In this document: positions 38,556 to 48,551 of the stretch, piece after piece
Layout of the letters: the number at the start of each line of letters is the position of its first letter
How positions within the stretch are numbered: the first letter of the stretch is position 1
Assembly: GCA_019057865.1 (NCBI GenBank)
Contig: JAHLWP010000033.1
Coordinates: forward strand, 1 to 50,451
Source of the DNA: Promethearchaeota archaeon
GTDB taxonomy: Archaea > Asgardarchaeota > Lokiarchaeia > Sigyniarchaeales > SOKP01
Direction: 5' to 3'
DNA: 50,451 bases
Notes under the pieces: generated by a model
Database searches by the model: none
What the model was told of the DNA's origin: nothing
What the model saw: only the letters and a program-made list of their open reading frames with translations
Position numbers and translations under genes: made by a program

Positions 38556-39815
38556 CTATTTTTCATAAATATGAACTACGCATGTCCCACCACTCCCACC
38601 TAAATTATGCGTCATTGCCTTTTCAACATCAAATTTCACTTGTCTATTCCTTTCAGCAATACCCCTCATTTGTTTAAAAATTTCTACAGCATGAGCTGCC
38701 CCAGTTGCTCCAACGGGATGCCCCTTAGATTTTAATCCTCCTGATGTATTGATTGGTAAGACTCCATCACGTTTCGTTTCTCCATTTCTTATAGCTTCAA
38801 CAGCCTTTCCTCTCTCATAAAATCCTAAGTCTTCTAGTGCAACGATTTCAGCTATAGTGAAACAATCATGCACTTCACAAATTTGAATATCTTTCGGTTT
38901 TAAACCAGACATTTGATATGCTTGCCTTGTTGCCTCTCGTGAAGCAATAAAACTAGATAAATCATCTCTGTCATGTAGTGATAATGCAGCACTTCCTTGA
39001 CCCGTACCAGTTATCCAAATTGGAGTATCCGTAAATTTCTTTGCAACATTATCAGCTGCAAGAAAGAGACATGCAGCACCATCAGTTATTAGAGAGCAAT
39101 CAAATAATCTTAAAGGATAAGCTATCATTGGATTCGATCGACTTTTAAGAAAATCAAACTCATCTTTCCAATCAGGAATATCTTTACCCTCTTTTTCGAG
39201 TCTGGCTTTTTTACTATCCATCATTTCTTTTATCGACTGTTGCATTTGTGCATAAGGATTTTCTCTCCCATTCTCATGATTCTTTATACCAACTCTCATT
39301 AGATCTTCTATTGTAGTCCCATATTTATGCATATGGGCAGAAGCAAGGGTACCATATAATCCTGGGAATGTTGCCCCTGCAGGATATTCGAATAAACTAT
39401 CAGAAGCCGTTGCCAAAACATCAGTAACTCCTGTAGTAGGTAATTCAGTCATGCATTCCACTCCAGATACTGCTATTACATCGTGTACACCAGCAGCAAT
39501 AGCAATTACAGCTTGCCTTAATGCAATACCACTACTAGCACATGCTCCTTCAAATCTAGGAGCAGGTTTTGGAGTTAATCCAACTAGATTAGCCAATTGA
39601 GGTCCTAGATGCCCTTGATGATTAAATAAATCTGAAGAATAATTTCCAACATAGCAAGCATCAATATCCTTAGATTCAATTCCATTATCAACTCTACTTA
39701 CTGCATCGAGCCATGCATCTATCCATAAATCTGGATTTCGTTTATTTGGGAAATGTCTTCCAAATTTAGACATCCCTGCTCCTACGAGGGCGACTTTTCT
39801 AGCTAATTTTGCCAT
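38556..39815 (-). CDS. Archaeal/SCP2-type thiolase (acetyl-CoA C-acyltransferase)
   Basis: EGACASSG (catalytic Cys), DCSLITDGA, EVHDCF, GGLKSKGHPVGATG and HNLGG. Confidence 0.9.
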   Translation of the reverse strand: MAKLARKVALVGAGMSKFGRHFPNKRNPDLWIDAWLDAVSRVDNGIESKDIDACYVGNYSSDLFNHQGHLGPQLANLVGLTPKPAPRFEGACASSGIALRQAVIAIAAGVHDVIAVSGVECMTELPTTGVTDVLATASDSLFEYPAGATFPGLYGTLASAHMHKYGTTIEDLMRVGIKNHENGRENPYAQMQQSIKEMMDSKKARLEKEGKDIPDWKDEFDFLKSRSNPMIAYPLRLFDCSLITDGAACLFLAADNVAKKFTDTPIWITGTGQGSAALSLHDRDDLSSFIASREATRQAYQMSGLKPKDIQICEVHDCFTIAEIVALEDLGFYERGKAVEAIRNGETKRDGVLPINTSGGLKSKGHPVGATGAAHAVEIFKQMRGIAERNRQVKFDVEKAMTHNLGGSGGTCVVHIYEK

Positions 39816-39954
39816 TTTATCTACCTAAATTTTTAATAATTTAAATTTAAAGAATTGAATTATCGAAAAATTATATTTGTTATTATTTTATTTCTTATTT
39901 TTTCTTTTTATTTATGAAAGATATCAAAATCTTAAACTCACAAAAATTCAATAA

Positions 39955-41190
39955 CTAATCATGAAAATACTTCACTAAATACCACACTTCAAATAAAACC
40001 CCTATAGCACTGAGTATAAAAGGGGCTATATAGTTCACATTTTCGATTAGTAATCCTCCTATAACTCCTGTAAACACAAAACCAATTCCTCTAATAAAAC
40101 CTACAATTCCATATGATTCTGCTTTTCTAGTTTCATCTAAATTCGTTAAAAGAATTTGTTCAGATGGAATAAATGTTGTCACAGATAAGCTTATACAAAT
40201 TTGAGCCACTATTATAAAGGGAAATAAAAATATTTCAAATCCCATTGTCCAAAGAGAATAAGCTAAACCATTCATAAAAAAAAATCCAAATCCAAAAAAT
40301 TGACTTAAAATTAAAGTTTTTTTCTTTCCAAGTTTATCTACTAATTTACCAGCAGGAATTTGTGAAACTAGACTAGCAATATTAAACGCCATTGAAAATA
40401 TTGCTAATTGTTCTATTGTGAAATTATATTGATCCTTTAAACCCCCACTATAAATTGACAGAGAAATACTATAAATAAAGATATCTAAAGTAAAAAAAAT
40501 CAATAAAACTTTTGTTTTAGGAGTTTGTAATAATTTTCGCCAAATCTTATGATCCTTATTCGTTGGATTGTGTTGTGGAACTAGACCTTGATTAATTTTT
40601 AGTTTATAAATATCTGTAAGAAACAGAAAATAAATTATCCATTCTATTAATAGTATCCCAGCAAATATTACAAAATAAAACCGTGAGTTTATACTCCCAT
40701 TAAACATTATTAAAGTAGAGCCACCTATTGTTCCTCCAAAAAATGAAAAAAACATTAAGCCATACATAAAACCTTTTGCTTTATCACTATTTTCAGAGGT
40801 TAAAAATTGTCTATTTAAACTATTAATTGTAAATCCCATGAAATATAAAAGGATACCAATTATTAGAAAATAGAGTGTACTAGAGTTTGAAATAATAAAA
40901 AATAGTAAACCTAAGATATATATTGGAATACTTACTAATAGTAGAATTTTACGTCCATGTTTATCGGATAATTTACCTACAATAGGTAATGGTAGGAACT
41001 GAATTACTCCTCCAAGCGATACTAAAACACCAGTAATTAATATTGAATTTGTAAGATCTAATATAAATGGCTGTAATAATACACTTAACATCCCAATTCC
41101 GAAACCATGAATTAAACCAATAATAAATAAAATCCAAAGATTTTTCCGTTTTAATTTATCAATTCCTTTTGAATCTTGGTTTAAATTCAT
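39955..41190 (-). CDS. MFS transporter
   Basis: About 12 TM helices; motif A GKLSDKHGRK and GKLVDKLGKK. Confidence 0.9.
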   Translation of the reverse strand: MNLNQDSKGIDKLKRKNLWILFIIGLIHGFGIGMLSVLLQPFILDLTNSILITGVLVSLGGVIQFLPLPIVGKLSDKHGRKILLLVSIPIYILGLLFFIISNSSTLYFLIIGILLYFMGFTINSLNRQFLTSENSDKAKGFMYGLMFFSFFGGTIGGSTLIMFNGSINSRFYFVIFAGILLIEWIIYFLFLTDIYKLKINQGLVPQHNPTNKDHKIWRKLLQTPKTKVLLIFFTLDIFIYSISLSIYSGGLKDQYNFTIEQLAIFSMAFNIASLVSQIPAGKLVDKLGKKKTLILSQFFGFGFFFMNGLAYSLWTMGFEIFLFPFIIVAQICISLSVTTFIPSEQILLTNLDETRKAESYGIVGFIRGIGFVFTGVIGGLLIENVNYIAPFILSAIGVLFEVWYLVKYFHD

Positions 41191-41299
41191 GAATTAAATT
41201 ACTCTTTTTATAATTCAAATATTTTATTATGAATAGATTTATGAATGATATCCATAGTGTATGCAGTGCTTATAATAAATAATATAAATCATATTAGTT

Positions 41300-41659
41300 T
41301 TATGATTTAGATTCCAAGCTCTTTCTTCTCATTCTTTTGAGATTATGCAATGCTTTCTTATATTCATTGCCTTTTTTTGCCCATTCCTCTAATTTCTCGC
41401 AGGGAAACTCTTGGCATTGATAACAAAAATCCAAATTTTTATCTTTTAAACAGCAATCGCGAATCCAACAATCAGAACTCCAACAATTTAGTACATCTCT
41501 GCAACCATTACAATGAAAATCTTCCATACTTACATTTTCCCATTGCCCTTCAAAATGCGTTACTAATTCTTTAGCTATTTCTGGATTATTTGGAGCCTTA
41601 TATATTTTACAATCACTACATACTAATCCACAAACAGCAATAATTTTTTCTCTACTCAT
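41300..41659 (-). CDS. DUF3795 Cys-rich protein
   Basis: AVCGLVCSDC...CNGC...CWIRDCC...FCYQCQEFPC. Confidence 0.8.
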   Translation of the reverse strand: MSREKIIAVCGLVCSDCKIYKAPNNPEIAKELVTHFEGQWENVSMEDFHCNGCRDVLNCWSSDCWIRDCCLKDKNLDFCYQCQEFPCEKLEEWAKKGNEYKKALHNLKRMRRKSLESKS

Positions 41660-41698
41660 ATTTTAGAAAAAAGATATTATACTTAATAATAAAATAAT

Positions 41699-42241
41699 CT
41701 AATACTCAATACCATAGCGAGCATTTATACCTCGTGAAGAATAATAGTGTTTTATCATCTTCATTTCGGTAACTAAATCTGCTACTTCTTTTAATTTGGG
41801 GTGCATCTTTGGACCCCCTGTTAAGATTATTTCAACTTTTTCAGGTTTATTTTTTACAATTTCCAATACAGGTTCAACAGAGATAACATTCATAGAGATA
41901 GCAACTCCAACTTCATCAAGTATCACAATATCATATTCATCGCTCATGATAATTTCTTTAGCGAAATCAAGTGCTCTTTTTCCTTCCTCCTTATCAAAAT
42001 CTCCCGGCTCGGCTATTAGCTCTGTGCTTCCGAATTGTTTTAACTCAAAGTTAGGAATCCCCTTAATGGCTTCTATTTCTCCATACTTATAATTACCTTT
42101 CATAAATTGAATCATAAAAACTTTAAATCCATGCCCCGTCGCGCGTACACCTTGTCCAATTGCGGCAGTAGTTTTACCCTTGCCGCGCCCAAAGTAACAC
42201 TGCACTAAGCCAACTTTCAATCTTTTTCTAGTTGAAGTCAT
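41699..42241 (-). CDS. cobO: Cob(I)yrinic acid a,c-diamide adenosyltransferase (CobO/BtuR type)
   Basis: GRGKGKTTAAIG, IQFMKG, ILDE, ADLVTEM..IKH and ARYGIEY. Confidence 0.9.
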   Translation of the reverse strand: MTSTRKRLKVGLVQCYFGRGKGKTTAAIGQGVRATGHGFKVFMIQFMKGNYKYGEIEAIKGIPNFELKQFGSTELIAEPGDFDKEEGKRALDFAKEIIMSDEYDIVILDEVGVAISMNVISVEPVLEIVKNKPEKVEIILTGGPKMHPKLKEVADLVTEMKMIKHYYSSRGINARYGIEY

Positions 42242-42314
42242 CTTTACATAAACACTTAAATTTATTATATTTTGGAATACTCTATTATTTAATTATTTTT
42301 TAATACTGGAAATT

Positions 42315-43091
42315 GTGATTTCATTGGGTAATTATGAGAAATTAGATAATCAATTAAATAAGTATCTTAGATTAGCTACTTTTCCTGTAGGTGTAAAATT
42401 ACTTGAAAACTCTGAAGATTTAGATAATATTAAATTTCTAAAAAAACCAGAACACAAACTCGTACTTTGCCAAATATTTAGTTATGCTAGATATTATGGT
42501 TGGACAATGGGATGTGCAAAAGGAGATAATTTATGCCCACTAGCAGAAATTTCTATAGGGTTTGAAGAATCACATAAACTTTTTGAAGAAGGAGCTTTTT
42601 TCATAGGAAGATATAATGAAACTAAAGAAGCTGCTAAAAAAACAACAGCTACAATGCCTAAAATCCCTTATGGTCAATATTCTGCAATTGTTTCAGGAGC
42701 TTTAAGGCGTATAGATTTTGAGCCTGATTTGATCTTAATTTGGGGAAACTCTGCTCAAATAATGAGATTAATTCAGGGATTCTTATGGAAAAGAGGAGGT
42801 AGAGTTTCAATGTCAACATTTTGCGATGGTGTATGTGCAGATACCATATCAAATGCTATTCTCACAGGAGATTTACAGATAGCTTTTCCATGCTTGGGAG
42901 ATCGACGTTATGGAATGGCAATGGATACTGATTTAATTGCATCCATTCCTTTCGAAATCATTAAGGAAATTATTAATGGTATGGAAGAAACACATAAAGC
43001 AGGTACGAGATATCCAATTCCTTATAAAATTTCTACACCAGACTTTTTTGTAAAATTGAAAAAACAATTGGATAAAACAAAGAAAAACTAG
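42315..43091 (+). CDS. DUF169 family protein
   Basis: L.TFPVGVK, LCQ, LCP, PDLILI.GN..Q.MRL, GVCA and PCLGDR. Confidence 0.85.
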   Translation: MISLGNYEKLDNQLNKYLRLATFPVGVKLLENSEDLDNIKFLKKPEHKLVLCQIFSYARYYGWTMGCAKGDNLCPLAEISIGFEESHKLFEEGAFFIGRYNETKEAAKKTTATMPKIPYGQYSAIVSGALRRIDFEPDLILIWGNSAQIMRLIQGFLWKRGGRVSMSTFCDGVCADTISNAILTGDLQIAFPCLGDRRYGMAMDTDLIASIPFEIIKEIINGMEETHKAGTRYPIPYKISTPDFFVKLKKQLDKTKKN

Positions 43092-43164
43092 TTTTTTTAC
43101 CTAAAATGATTTTAATAAATAATTATTAATTTAAAATATCTGGTTAGAGTGAGAGATAATCTTC

Positions 43165-44025
43165 ATGAGAACTAGTAAATTAATGTCGTTAAAAGAAGCA
43201 ATTTCATCTTATATTCAAGATGGTGATTTGATTGGTGTAGGAGGTCTATCCTTTTGGAGAAAACCAACAATTGCTTGTCATGAAATAATTAGACAAAACA
43301 TGAAGAACTTAACTCTTTGTACATTTGTAGGTGGAATCGAAGTTGACATGCTCATCGCAGGAGGAACTCTTTCAAAAATAAAATCATGTTTCGTTGGGAT
43401 GGAAATTTTTGGCATGGCTCCACACTTTAGAAAAGCAGTTGAATCTGGCTCTATTATTGTTTCTGAAGAAAGTGAAGCTACTATTGCTTTAGGATTGAGA
43501 GCATCGTACTTAAAAGTACCTTTCATGCCTTTAAAAGGAATTATCGGAACCGACATGCCAAAAGTAAGGAATGATATTAAACAAATCGAAGACCCCCTTG
43601 GTTCAGGAACTCAGGTTATGGCTGTGCCTAAGATAGATTTAGATGTAGCTATAATTCATGTGCCTTATGCTGATGAATTCGGAAATGCTAATATTGCTGG
43701 AGCAGTATGGATGGATGCAGATATGGCAAAAACAGCGAAAAATACAATTATTATCTGTGAAAAATTAGTTGAAACAGAAGATATCCGATATTTACCGGGA
43801 AAAGCACAATTACCAATGCAAACTACAGATGCGATTGTAAAAATACCATTTGGTGCTCATCCAACTAGTTGTTATCCCTTCTATACATTTGATCCACTTC
43901 ATATTCAAGAATATCTTAAAACTGATTTTGAAGATTATAAGATTAATTATATTATTAACAAAACTCCAGCTCAATATCTTGAAAAAGCTGGTGGGATTCA
44001 AACCATTTTAAATATATTGTTATAA
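43165..44025 (+). CDS. CoA-transferase family I fold, alpha subunit (GctA/IpdA-like)
   Basis: SKLMSLKEAI, GG...RKP, PFMP, DVAIIHV..ADEFGN and PFGAHPTSC. Confidence 0.88.
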   Translation: MRTSKLMSLKEAISSYIQDGDLIGVGGLSFWRKPTIACHEIIRQNMKNLTLCTFVGGIEVDMLIAGGTLSKIKSCFVGMEIFGMAPHFRKAVESGSIIVSEESEATIALGLRASYLKVPFMPLKGIIGTDMPKVRNDIKQIEDPLGSGTQVMAVPKIDLDVAIIHVPYADEFGNANIAGAVWMDADMAKTAKNTIIICEKLVETEDIRYLPGKAQLPMQTTDAIVKIPFGAHPTSCYPFYTFDPLHIQEYLKTDFEDYKINYIINKTPAQYLEKAGGIQTILNILL

Positions 44026-44052
44026 GGAGATTAACTTTTAGAGGTGTTATAA

Positions 44053-44850
44053 TTGAGTAGAATTATTCAAAATAATCAAACATTAGAATTAATTTATAAT
44101 AGAAGAACTATTCGTGCGTATAATCCTAAACCACTTACTCAAGAAGAAATAAATACAATTATACATGGAGCAATGAGAGCTCCTACGGCAGGGAACTTGA
44201 TGTTATACTCTATTATTCAAGTATCGGATCAGAAAATGAAAGACAAATTGGCGATCACCTGTGATAATCAACCCCATATAGCAAAGGCTCCCTTAGTTTT
44301 AATTTTTTTAGCTGATATGCAACGTTGGTGGGATTATTTTAAAATTTGTAAAACAAAAGATTTATGTGATGAGATTGGTGTAGAATTTGAAACTCCACAA
44401 GAATCTGATTTATTACTTGCCTGTTGTGATGCATTAATTGCCGCACAAAATACTGTTATCACTGCTGAAGCTTTAGGAATTGGTTCATGCTATATTGGAG
44501 ATATTATGGAAAATATTGAAATTCATCGTAAAATGTTCAATCTTACTCGATGGATATTTCCTATAATAATGGTCTGTTTTGGATATCCAAAAGGTAAAAA
44601 AGAAAATATACCTCTAACACCAAGGTTTCCTCAAAAATATATCCATTTTATTAACAAGTACAATAGACTAAATAAGCAAGATTTTACTGAAATGTTCAAA
44701 AATGTGAAAAGAAGTGATGACATAAAACATGCTAAGAATTTAGGACAAAAATTTTATTTTGCTAAGTTAGCTGCTGATTATTCTAAGGAAATGCGCCGAT
44801 CAGTTAAAGTGGCTATTAAAGATTGGATTGAAAAAAATAAAAATTCTTAA
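44053..44850 (+). CDS. Nitroreductase / flavin reductase (NfsA/NfrA family)
   Basis: RRTIRAY, APTAGNL, DALIAAQN...AEALGIGSCYIG, FGYP and PRFP. Confidence 0.88.
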   Translation: MSRIIQNNQTLELIYNRRTIRAYNPKPLTQEEINTIIHGAMRAPTAGNLMLYSIIQVSDQKMKDKLAITCDNQPHIAKAPLVLIFLADMQRWWDYFKICKTKDLCDEIGVEFETPQESDLLLACCDALIAAQNTVITAEALGIGSCYIGDIMENIEIHRKMFNLTRWIFPIIMVCFGYPKGKKENIPLTPRFPQKYIHFINKYNRLNKQDFTEMFKNVKRSDDIKHAKNLGQKFYFAKLAADYSKEMRRSVKVAIKDWIEKNKNS

Positions 44851-44871
44851 ATAATAAAAGAGGGATAAAAA

Positions 44872-45750
44872 TTGAAAGAATATTCGAAGGATTATACAAT
44901 AGATGAGATGATGACTGTTTTAATGGCAAGGGAAGTTAGAAACGATGATGTAATGATCGTTGGTGTCGCGACTCCTATGGTATGGGCCGCTTTCACTTTA
45001 GCAAAAGTAACCCATGCCCCTGATGCAATATACCATTACATTATGGGAAACACATTTGTCCTAGAATCTCGACAAGTGAGTTTGCTTTATCTTGAAATGA
45101 ATACAGCGAGAGCATACCGATTTCAAAATAGTGTGGAATGTACCTTGGAATCACTTCCGTCTGATAAACTTACCACTATAGAATTCTTTAGGCCTGCTCA
45201 AATTGACCAATATGGAAATACAAACAATATATGTATTGGGGATTGGAATAGACCTAAGATTAGACTTCCTGGAGCCGCAGGTATACTTGATTTTAGCATG
45301 TTTTATTCTCGTGGCTCTTTTCTTTATACACCTCGACATGATACAAGAACATTTATACCAACAGAAAAAATTGACTTTATTTCTGGGGTTGGATTCCCTG
45401 ATGGTAAACTTTCTATATGTGGTGGAGCAGGACCTCAATGCATAATCACTAATTTAGCCTATTTAGATTTTGAAGAGAAAATTAAAAGAATGAGAGTAGC
45501 ATCGATTCATCCTGGAACCGATATTGAAACAGTTAAAGATTCTACTGGGTTTGATCTAATTATTCCAAAAGATTTAAAGGAAACTGAACCTCCAACAGTA
45601 AAAGAAATCAGATTATTAAGAGAAAAAGTAGATCCATTAAATATTAGACAATTAGAAGTTCTATCAGGGAAAGAACGTGAAGATTTATTAAATCAAGTTA
45701 TTGAAAAAGAATTTGCAATGGAAAATAGATTTCCAAAATTATTGGTCTAA
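44872..45750 (+). CDS. CoA-transferase family I fold, beta subunit (GctB/IpdB-like), apparently lacking the canonical catalytic Glu
   Basis: AQIDQYGNTN, RLPGAAG, IDFISG, ITNLA, SIHPG, TGFDL and TEPPT. Confidence 0.88.
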   Translation: MKEYSKDYTIDEMMTVLMAREVRNDDVMIVGVATPMVWAAFTLAKVTHAPDAIYHYIMGNTFVLESRQVSLLYLEMNTARAYRFQNSVECTLESLPSDKLTTIEFFRPAQIDQYGNTNNICIGDWNRPKIRLPGAAGILDFSMFYSRGSFLYTPRHDTRTFIPTEKIDFISGVGFPDGKLSICGGAGPQCIITNLAYLDFEEKIKRMRVASIHPGTDIETVKDSTGFDLIIPKDLKETEPPTVKEIRLLREKVDPLNIRQLEVLSGKEREDLLNQVIEKEFAMENRFPKLLV

Positions 45751-45920
45751 ATAAAAAATATCATTGAATCTCATTTTTTTAGAGCATTATATTGAATAGT
45801 TTAAAAATACCTATAAAACATCAATATGTTTTATGTAATATAATAAAAAGTTATTAGATTATTAATTTATAATATAAGTAGCGAATTTTGTAATTGAAAT
45901 AAAAAGATATTTGAAACAAA

Positions 45921-46358
45921 ATGGAAAGAGTAAAACACGAGATTATAAGTATAGATGAATTGGAAAGAGTGATAAATAACATATTTAAAAATCATGATGA
46001 GATATTATTATGTTATTTATATGGTTCTTACGTATCAGGTAACAGAACCGAATTTAGTGATATTGATATTGGAATTTTCCTTGATAAAACATTCAAAAAA
46101 CACTATTTATATCAAATAGAATTAAGCTTAGAAATAGAAAAAGAATTCAATAACAAGATTGAAATTGATTTATGCATTTTAAATGAAGCCACACCTCGAT
46201 TTTTATATAATGTTATAAAAAGTGGACGGAATATCTATTCAAAGGAAAAAAAAATCCAACTTGAGTTTGAAATAAGAACTTTATACTATTATTTAGATAT
46301 TAAGCCAATGTTAGACATGTATGATAAAATAACCGTCATGGAGGCGCTTAAAAATTAA
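45921..46358 (+). CDS. mntA: MNT nucleotidyltransferase antitoxin (type VII TA)
   Basis: LYGS-X10-DID (GSYVSGNRTEFSDID), IDL..LN.A. Confidence 0.88.
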   Translation: MERVKHEIISIDELERVINNIFKNHDEILLCYLYGSYVSGNRTEFSDIDIGIFLDKTFKKHYLYQIELSLEIEKEFNNKIEIDLCILNEATPRFLYNVIKSGRNIYSKEKKIQLEFEIRTLYYYLDIKPMLDMYDKITVMEALKN

Positions 46359-46812
46359 AATAAATCGTGATTTAGTAATTACTAGGTTTAATAAATTAAA
46401 TGAATTTTTAGATATTCTAAATGAGCTCAAAAGTATCAAGAGAGAAGATTTCCTATCTAATTATAAGAACTATCTTACAGCCCAGAGAACTTTAGAAATT
46501 TGTATAAATATATGTATTGATATTGGAAATCACATTGTGTCCCTCAATAATACAGAAAAACCTGAAACATTTAGCGATGTCATAAAAATTTTAACCAAAT
46601 ATAATGTTATAAGCGAGGAACTCTCAACTCAGCTAATTAAAATGGTAAGATTCCGCAATTTATTAGGACATTTTTATTTAGAAATTGATAATGAAATTAT
46701 TTACAATATTTTACAAAATAATATAAAAGATTTCAATTCATTTAAGCAAGCAATATTAACTAAATTTAAAGAAAATCTTTTAGAAACTTCTGAGAAGAAG
46801 GATTCTACTTAA
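46354..46812 (+). CDS. hepT: HEPN/DUF86 RNase toxin; probable ATT start overlapping the mntA stop
   Basis: RNLLGHFY (R-X4-H-X-Y); frame is open from 46333 with a typical N-terminus (KINRDLV...RTLEICINICIDIGNHI); GGAGG at 46340-46344. Confidence 0.85.
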   Translation: MKINRDLVITRFNKLNEFLDILNELKSIKREDFLSNYKNYLTAQRTLEICINICIDIGNHIVSLNNTEKPETFSDVIKILTKYNVISEELSTQLIKMVRFRNLLGHFYLEIDNEIIYNILQNNIKDFNSFKQAILTKFKENLLETSEKKDST

Positions 46813-47010
46813 TTTATAATTAATAGCAGTTCCCGTGGAGATACTTAAGGAATTTAATGAAATAGTTATGAACTATCTGAATTGAATTAGATTAATAAAT
46901 GGAAAAATGGAAAAAATATTTCCAAAATTATTAATAAGATTTCTAAATTCTATTTGATTTAAATTTTTAATTTTAGGGATTATATAAATTTACTAAAAAT
47001 TATTGCCTTT

Positions 47011-47796
47011 TTATATATAATTGGCTTTCTCATTTACATATAACTTTATTTCGCGATTATGTTTTTCAAGTATTATAAAATCCAGTTTAGCCAGCTTATC
47101 AACATGATATTTCACAGAACTTCTTCTCATATTTAATTTCCTGGATATCATCGCTGAATTAATGCCAGGATTCCCTTCAATTAAATTCAAAATTTTTAGA
47201 CTGGTTTTTGACTTTTTTATCAATTTTAAGGGTATTTTTTTCACTTCTATTTTAAATAAAACAGGGAAAAAAGAAATATATTGCCCTAATTTCTCTCTTT
47301 TAATTATTCCATATTTTAATAGTACGTATAGATGCCATTGTAACTGCCCCTTTTGCAAATTACATTGTCTTAGGAGTTCATTATTATGAATTCCGGGTTC
47401 TTGCAAAATTTTATTAATTATATTTTTCCGATTCTCATTTTCAAAAATATCTTCGAAAGATAAATAATCACGTCCTCCAGTTATTATGGTTTTTCTCCTA
47501 AAATAGTCCTTGTACTGATTAACAGTTAATGAAATGAAAAATGATGAAAAAATTAGTATTAAAAATATTAATAAACCTATTAAAAACCAATTGAAGGTAT
47601 AATCCTTAGGTTCAAAAACCTCTTCATCCGGAGGCAATAAGGGAAATATTGAAATTAATGAAATACAAATAAGAGTAATGATAATACCTAATTTGATATA
47701 AAATAATCTTTTGTATTTCCTTATTTCTTTTTTTAAAAAACTCATATTAAATAAAAAGAAATTGATTATATATAATTTTAAAAGTTTCTTATTCAA
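47011..47796 (-). CDS. Membrane-anchored transcriptional regulator with two winged-HTH domains
   Basis: Two TM helices, then NENRKNII..I...PGIH..EL...GQLQWHL and IL..I..NPGI....IS..L...RSSVKYHV. Confidence 0.82.
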   Translation of the reverse strand: MNKKLLKLYIINFFLFNMSFLKKEIRKYKRLFYIKLGIIITLICISLISIFPLLPPDEEVFEPKDYTFNWFLIGLLIFLILIFSSFFISLTVNQYKDYFRRKTIITGGRDYLSFEDIFENENRKNIINKILQEPGIHNNELLRQCNLQKGQLQWHLYVLLKYGIIKREKLGQYISFFPVLFKIEVKKIPLKLIKKSKTSLKILNLIEGNPGINSAMISRKLNMRRSSVKYHVDKLAKLDFIILEKHNREIKLYVNEKANYI

Positions 47797-48410
47797 TTCG
47801 ATTCACTAATCTTAAATTGTTTAATAGTTAAAATTGGGATTATAAAACCAACAGAGTTCTCGTATTCAATAAAACTCTTACCATACTTTCTTCTTAGTGA
47901 GAAATCTTCTATTTTAGCTAAAATGATATAAGCAATTACTTCAATAAACCAAATGAATACTAGAAGAGAATTTCCATATGAGAATTCATTATCAAATGAG
48001 AAAATGGGAGATGTATTGAGAGAAATCATCGTAAGTCCGAGAGTCATGATGATTATTCCTAAATATTGGGGATGTCTTACATACTTGTATGGTCCTTTTC
48101 TTATTAGTTCTTTTCGATGAATCAATTGATATACGATTGAATAAATAAAAAATAAAGCTCCGAACAGTGCCATAACACTCCAAGGAAAGCCATAAGATAA
48201 AAAGAAGTCAAAATCATGCATCGCAATTTGAGGATTACTTAAAAAATAAGTAAAGTATGTAATTAAAGGAATGCTCATAACTCCAAACCATATAGAAGCA
48301 CATGGTATATATTGAAAAACTGGAATTAATAGAGATGAAATGGTGATTATAGAGTTTTTAATAGTCGATTTTAACTTTTCAATCATTTTTTTTTCCTTAC
48401 TTTTTTTCAA
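47793..48410 (-). CDS. ICMT/PEMT-family membrane methyltransferase-like protein
   Basis: LIRKGPYKYVRHPQYLG, ED..L..KYG..F.EY...V.F.IP. Confidence 0.8.
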   Translation of the reverse strand: MKKSKEKKMIEKLKSTIKNSIITISSLLIPVFQYIPCASIWFGVMSIPLITYFTYFLSNPQIAMHDFDFFLSYGFPWSVMALFGALFFIYSIVYQLIHRKELIRKGPYKYVRHPQYLGIIIMTLGLTMISLNTSPIFSFDNEFSYGNSLLVFIWFIEVIAYIILAKIEDFSLRRKYGKSFIEYENSVGFIIPILTIKQFKISESN

Positions 48411-48462
48411 TTCATTAAATTGTAAATAATTATTTCTATTTGTTTAGAAGAAATTTGCTTAA

Positions 48463-48490
48463 TAAAGCTTTAAGGTGCACTTTTCGAACA
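48463..48490 (-). promoter_or_regulatory. Shared promoter/operator element, copy 1
   Basis: Minus strand TGTTCGAAAAGTGCACCTTAAAGCTTTA, running into a TATA-like TTTATTA; about 53 bp upstream of the 48410 start. Confidence 0.7.
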
Positions 48491-48551
48491 ATTCAATTAG
48501 GAGTTATAGGAGGAATCCAAAGATATATTATAAAAAAATGGAATAATGCAG

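Noticed and set aside
38117-39815. Thiolase-DUF35 as a mevalonate-pathway complex or an Ltp2-type aldolase
   Set aside because: No HMG-CoA synthase is adjacent and the catalytic Cys (GACAS) is retained; only a generic thiolase call is supported.
492-48183. Many short ORFs in the track antisense or out of frame to long genes (e.g. 492-743, 6008-6367, 6524-6916, 27544-27873, 35279-35650, 41796-42092, 45151-45438)
   Set aside because: They lie inside genes with strong family motifs and have no motifs of their own; they are shadow ORFs.
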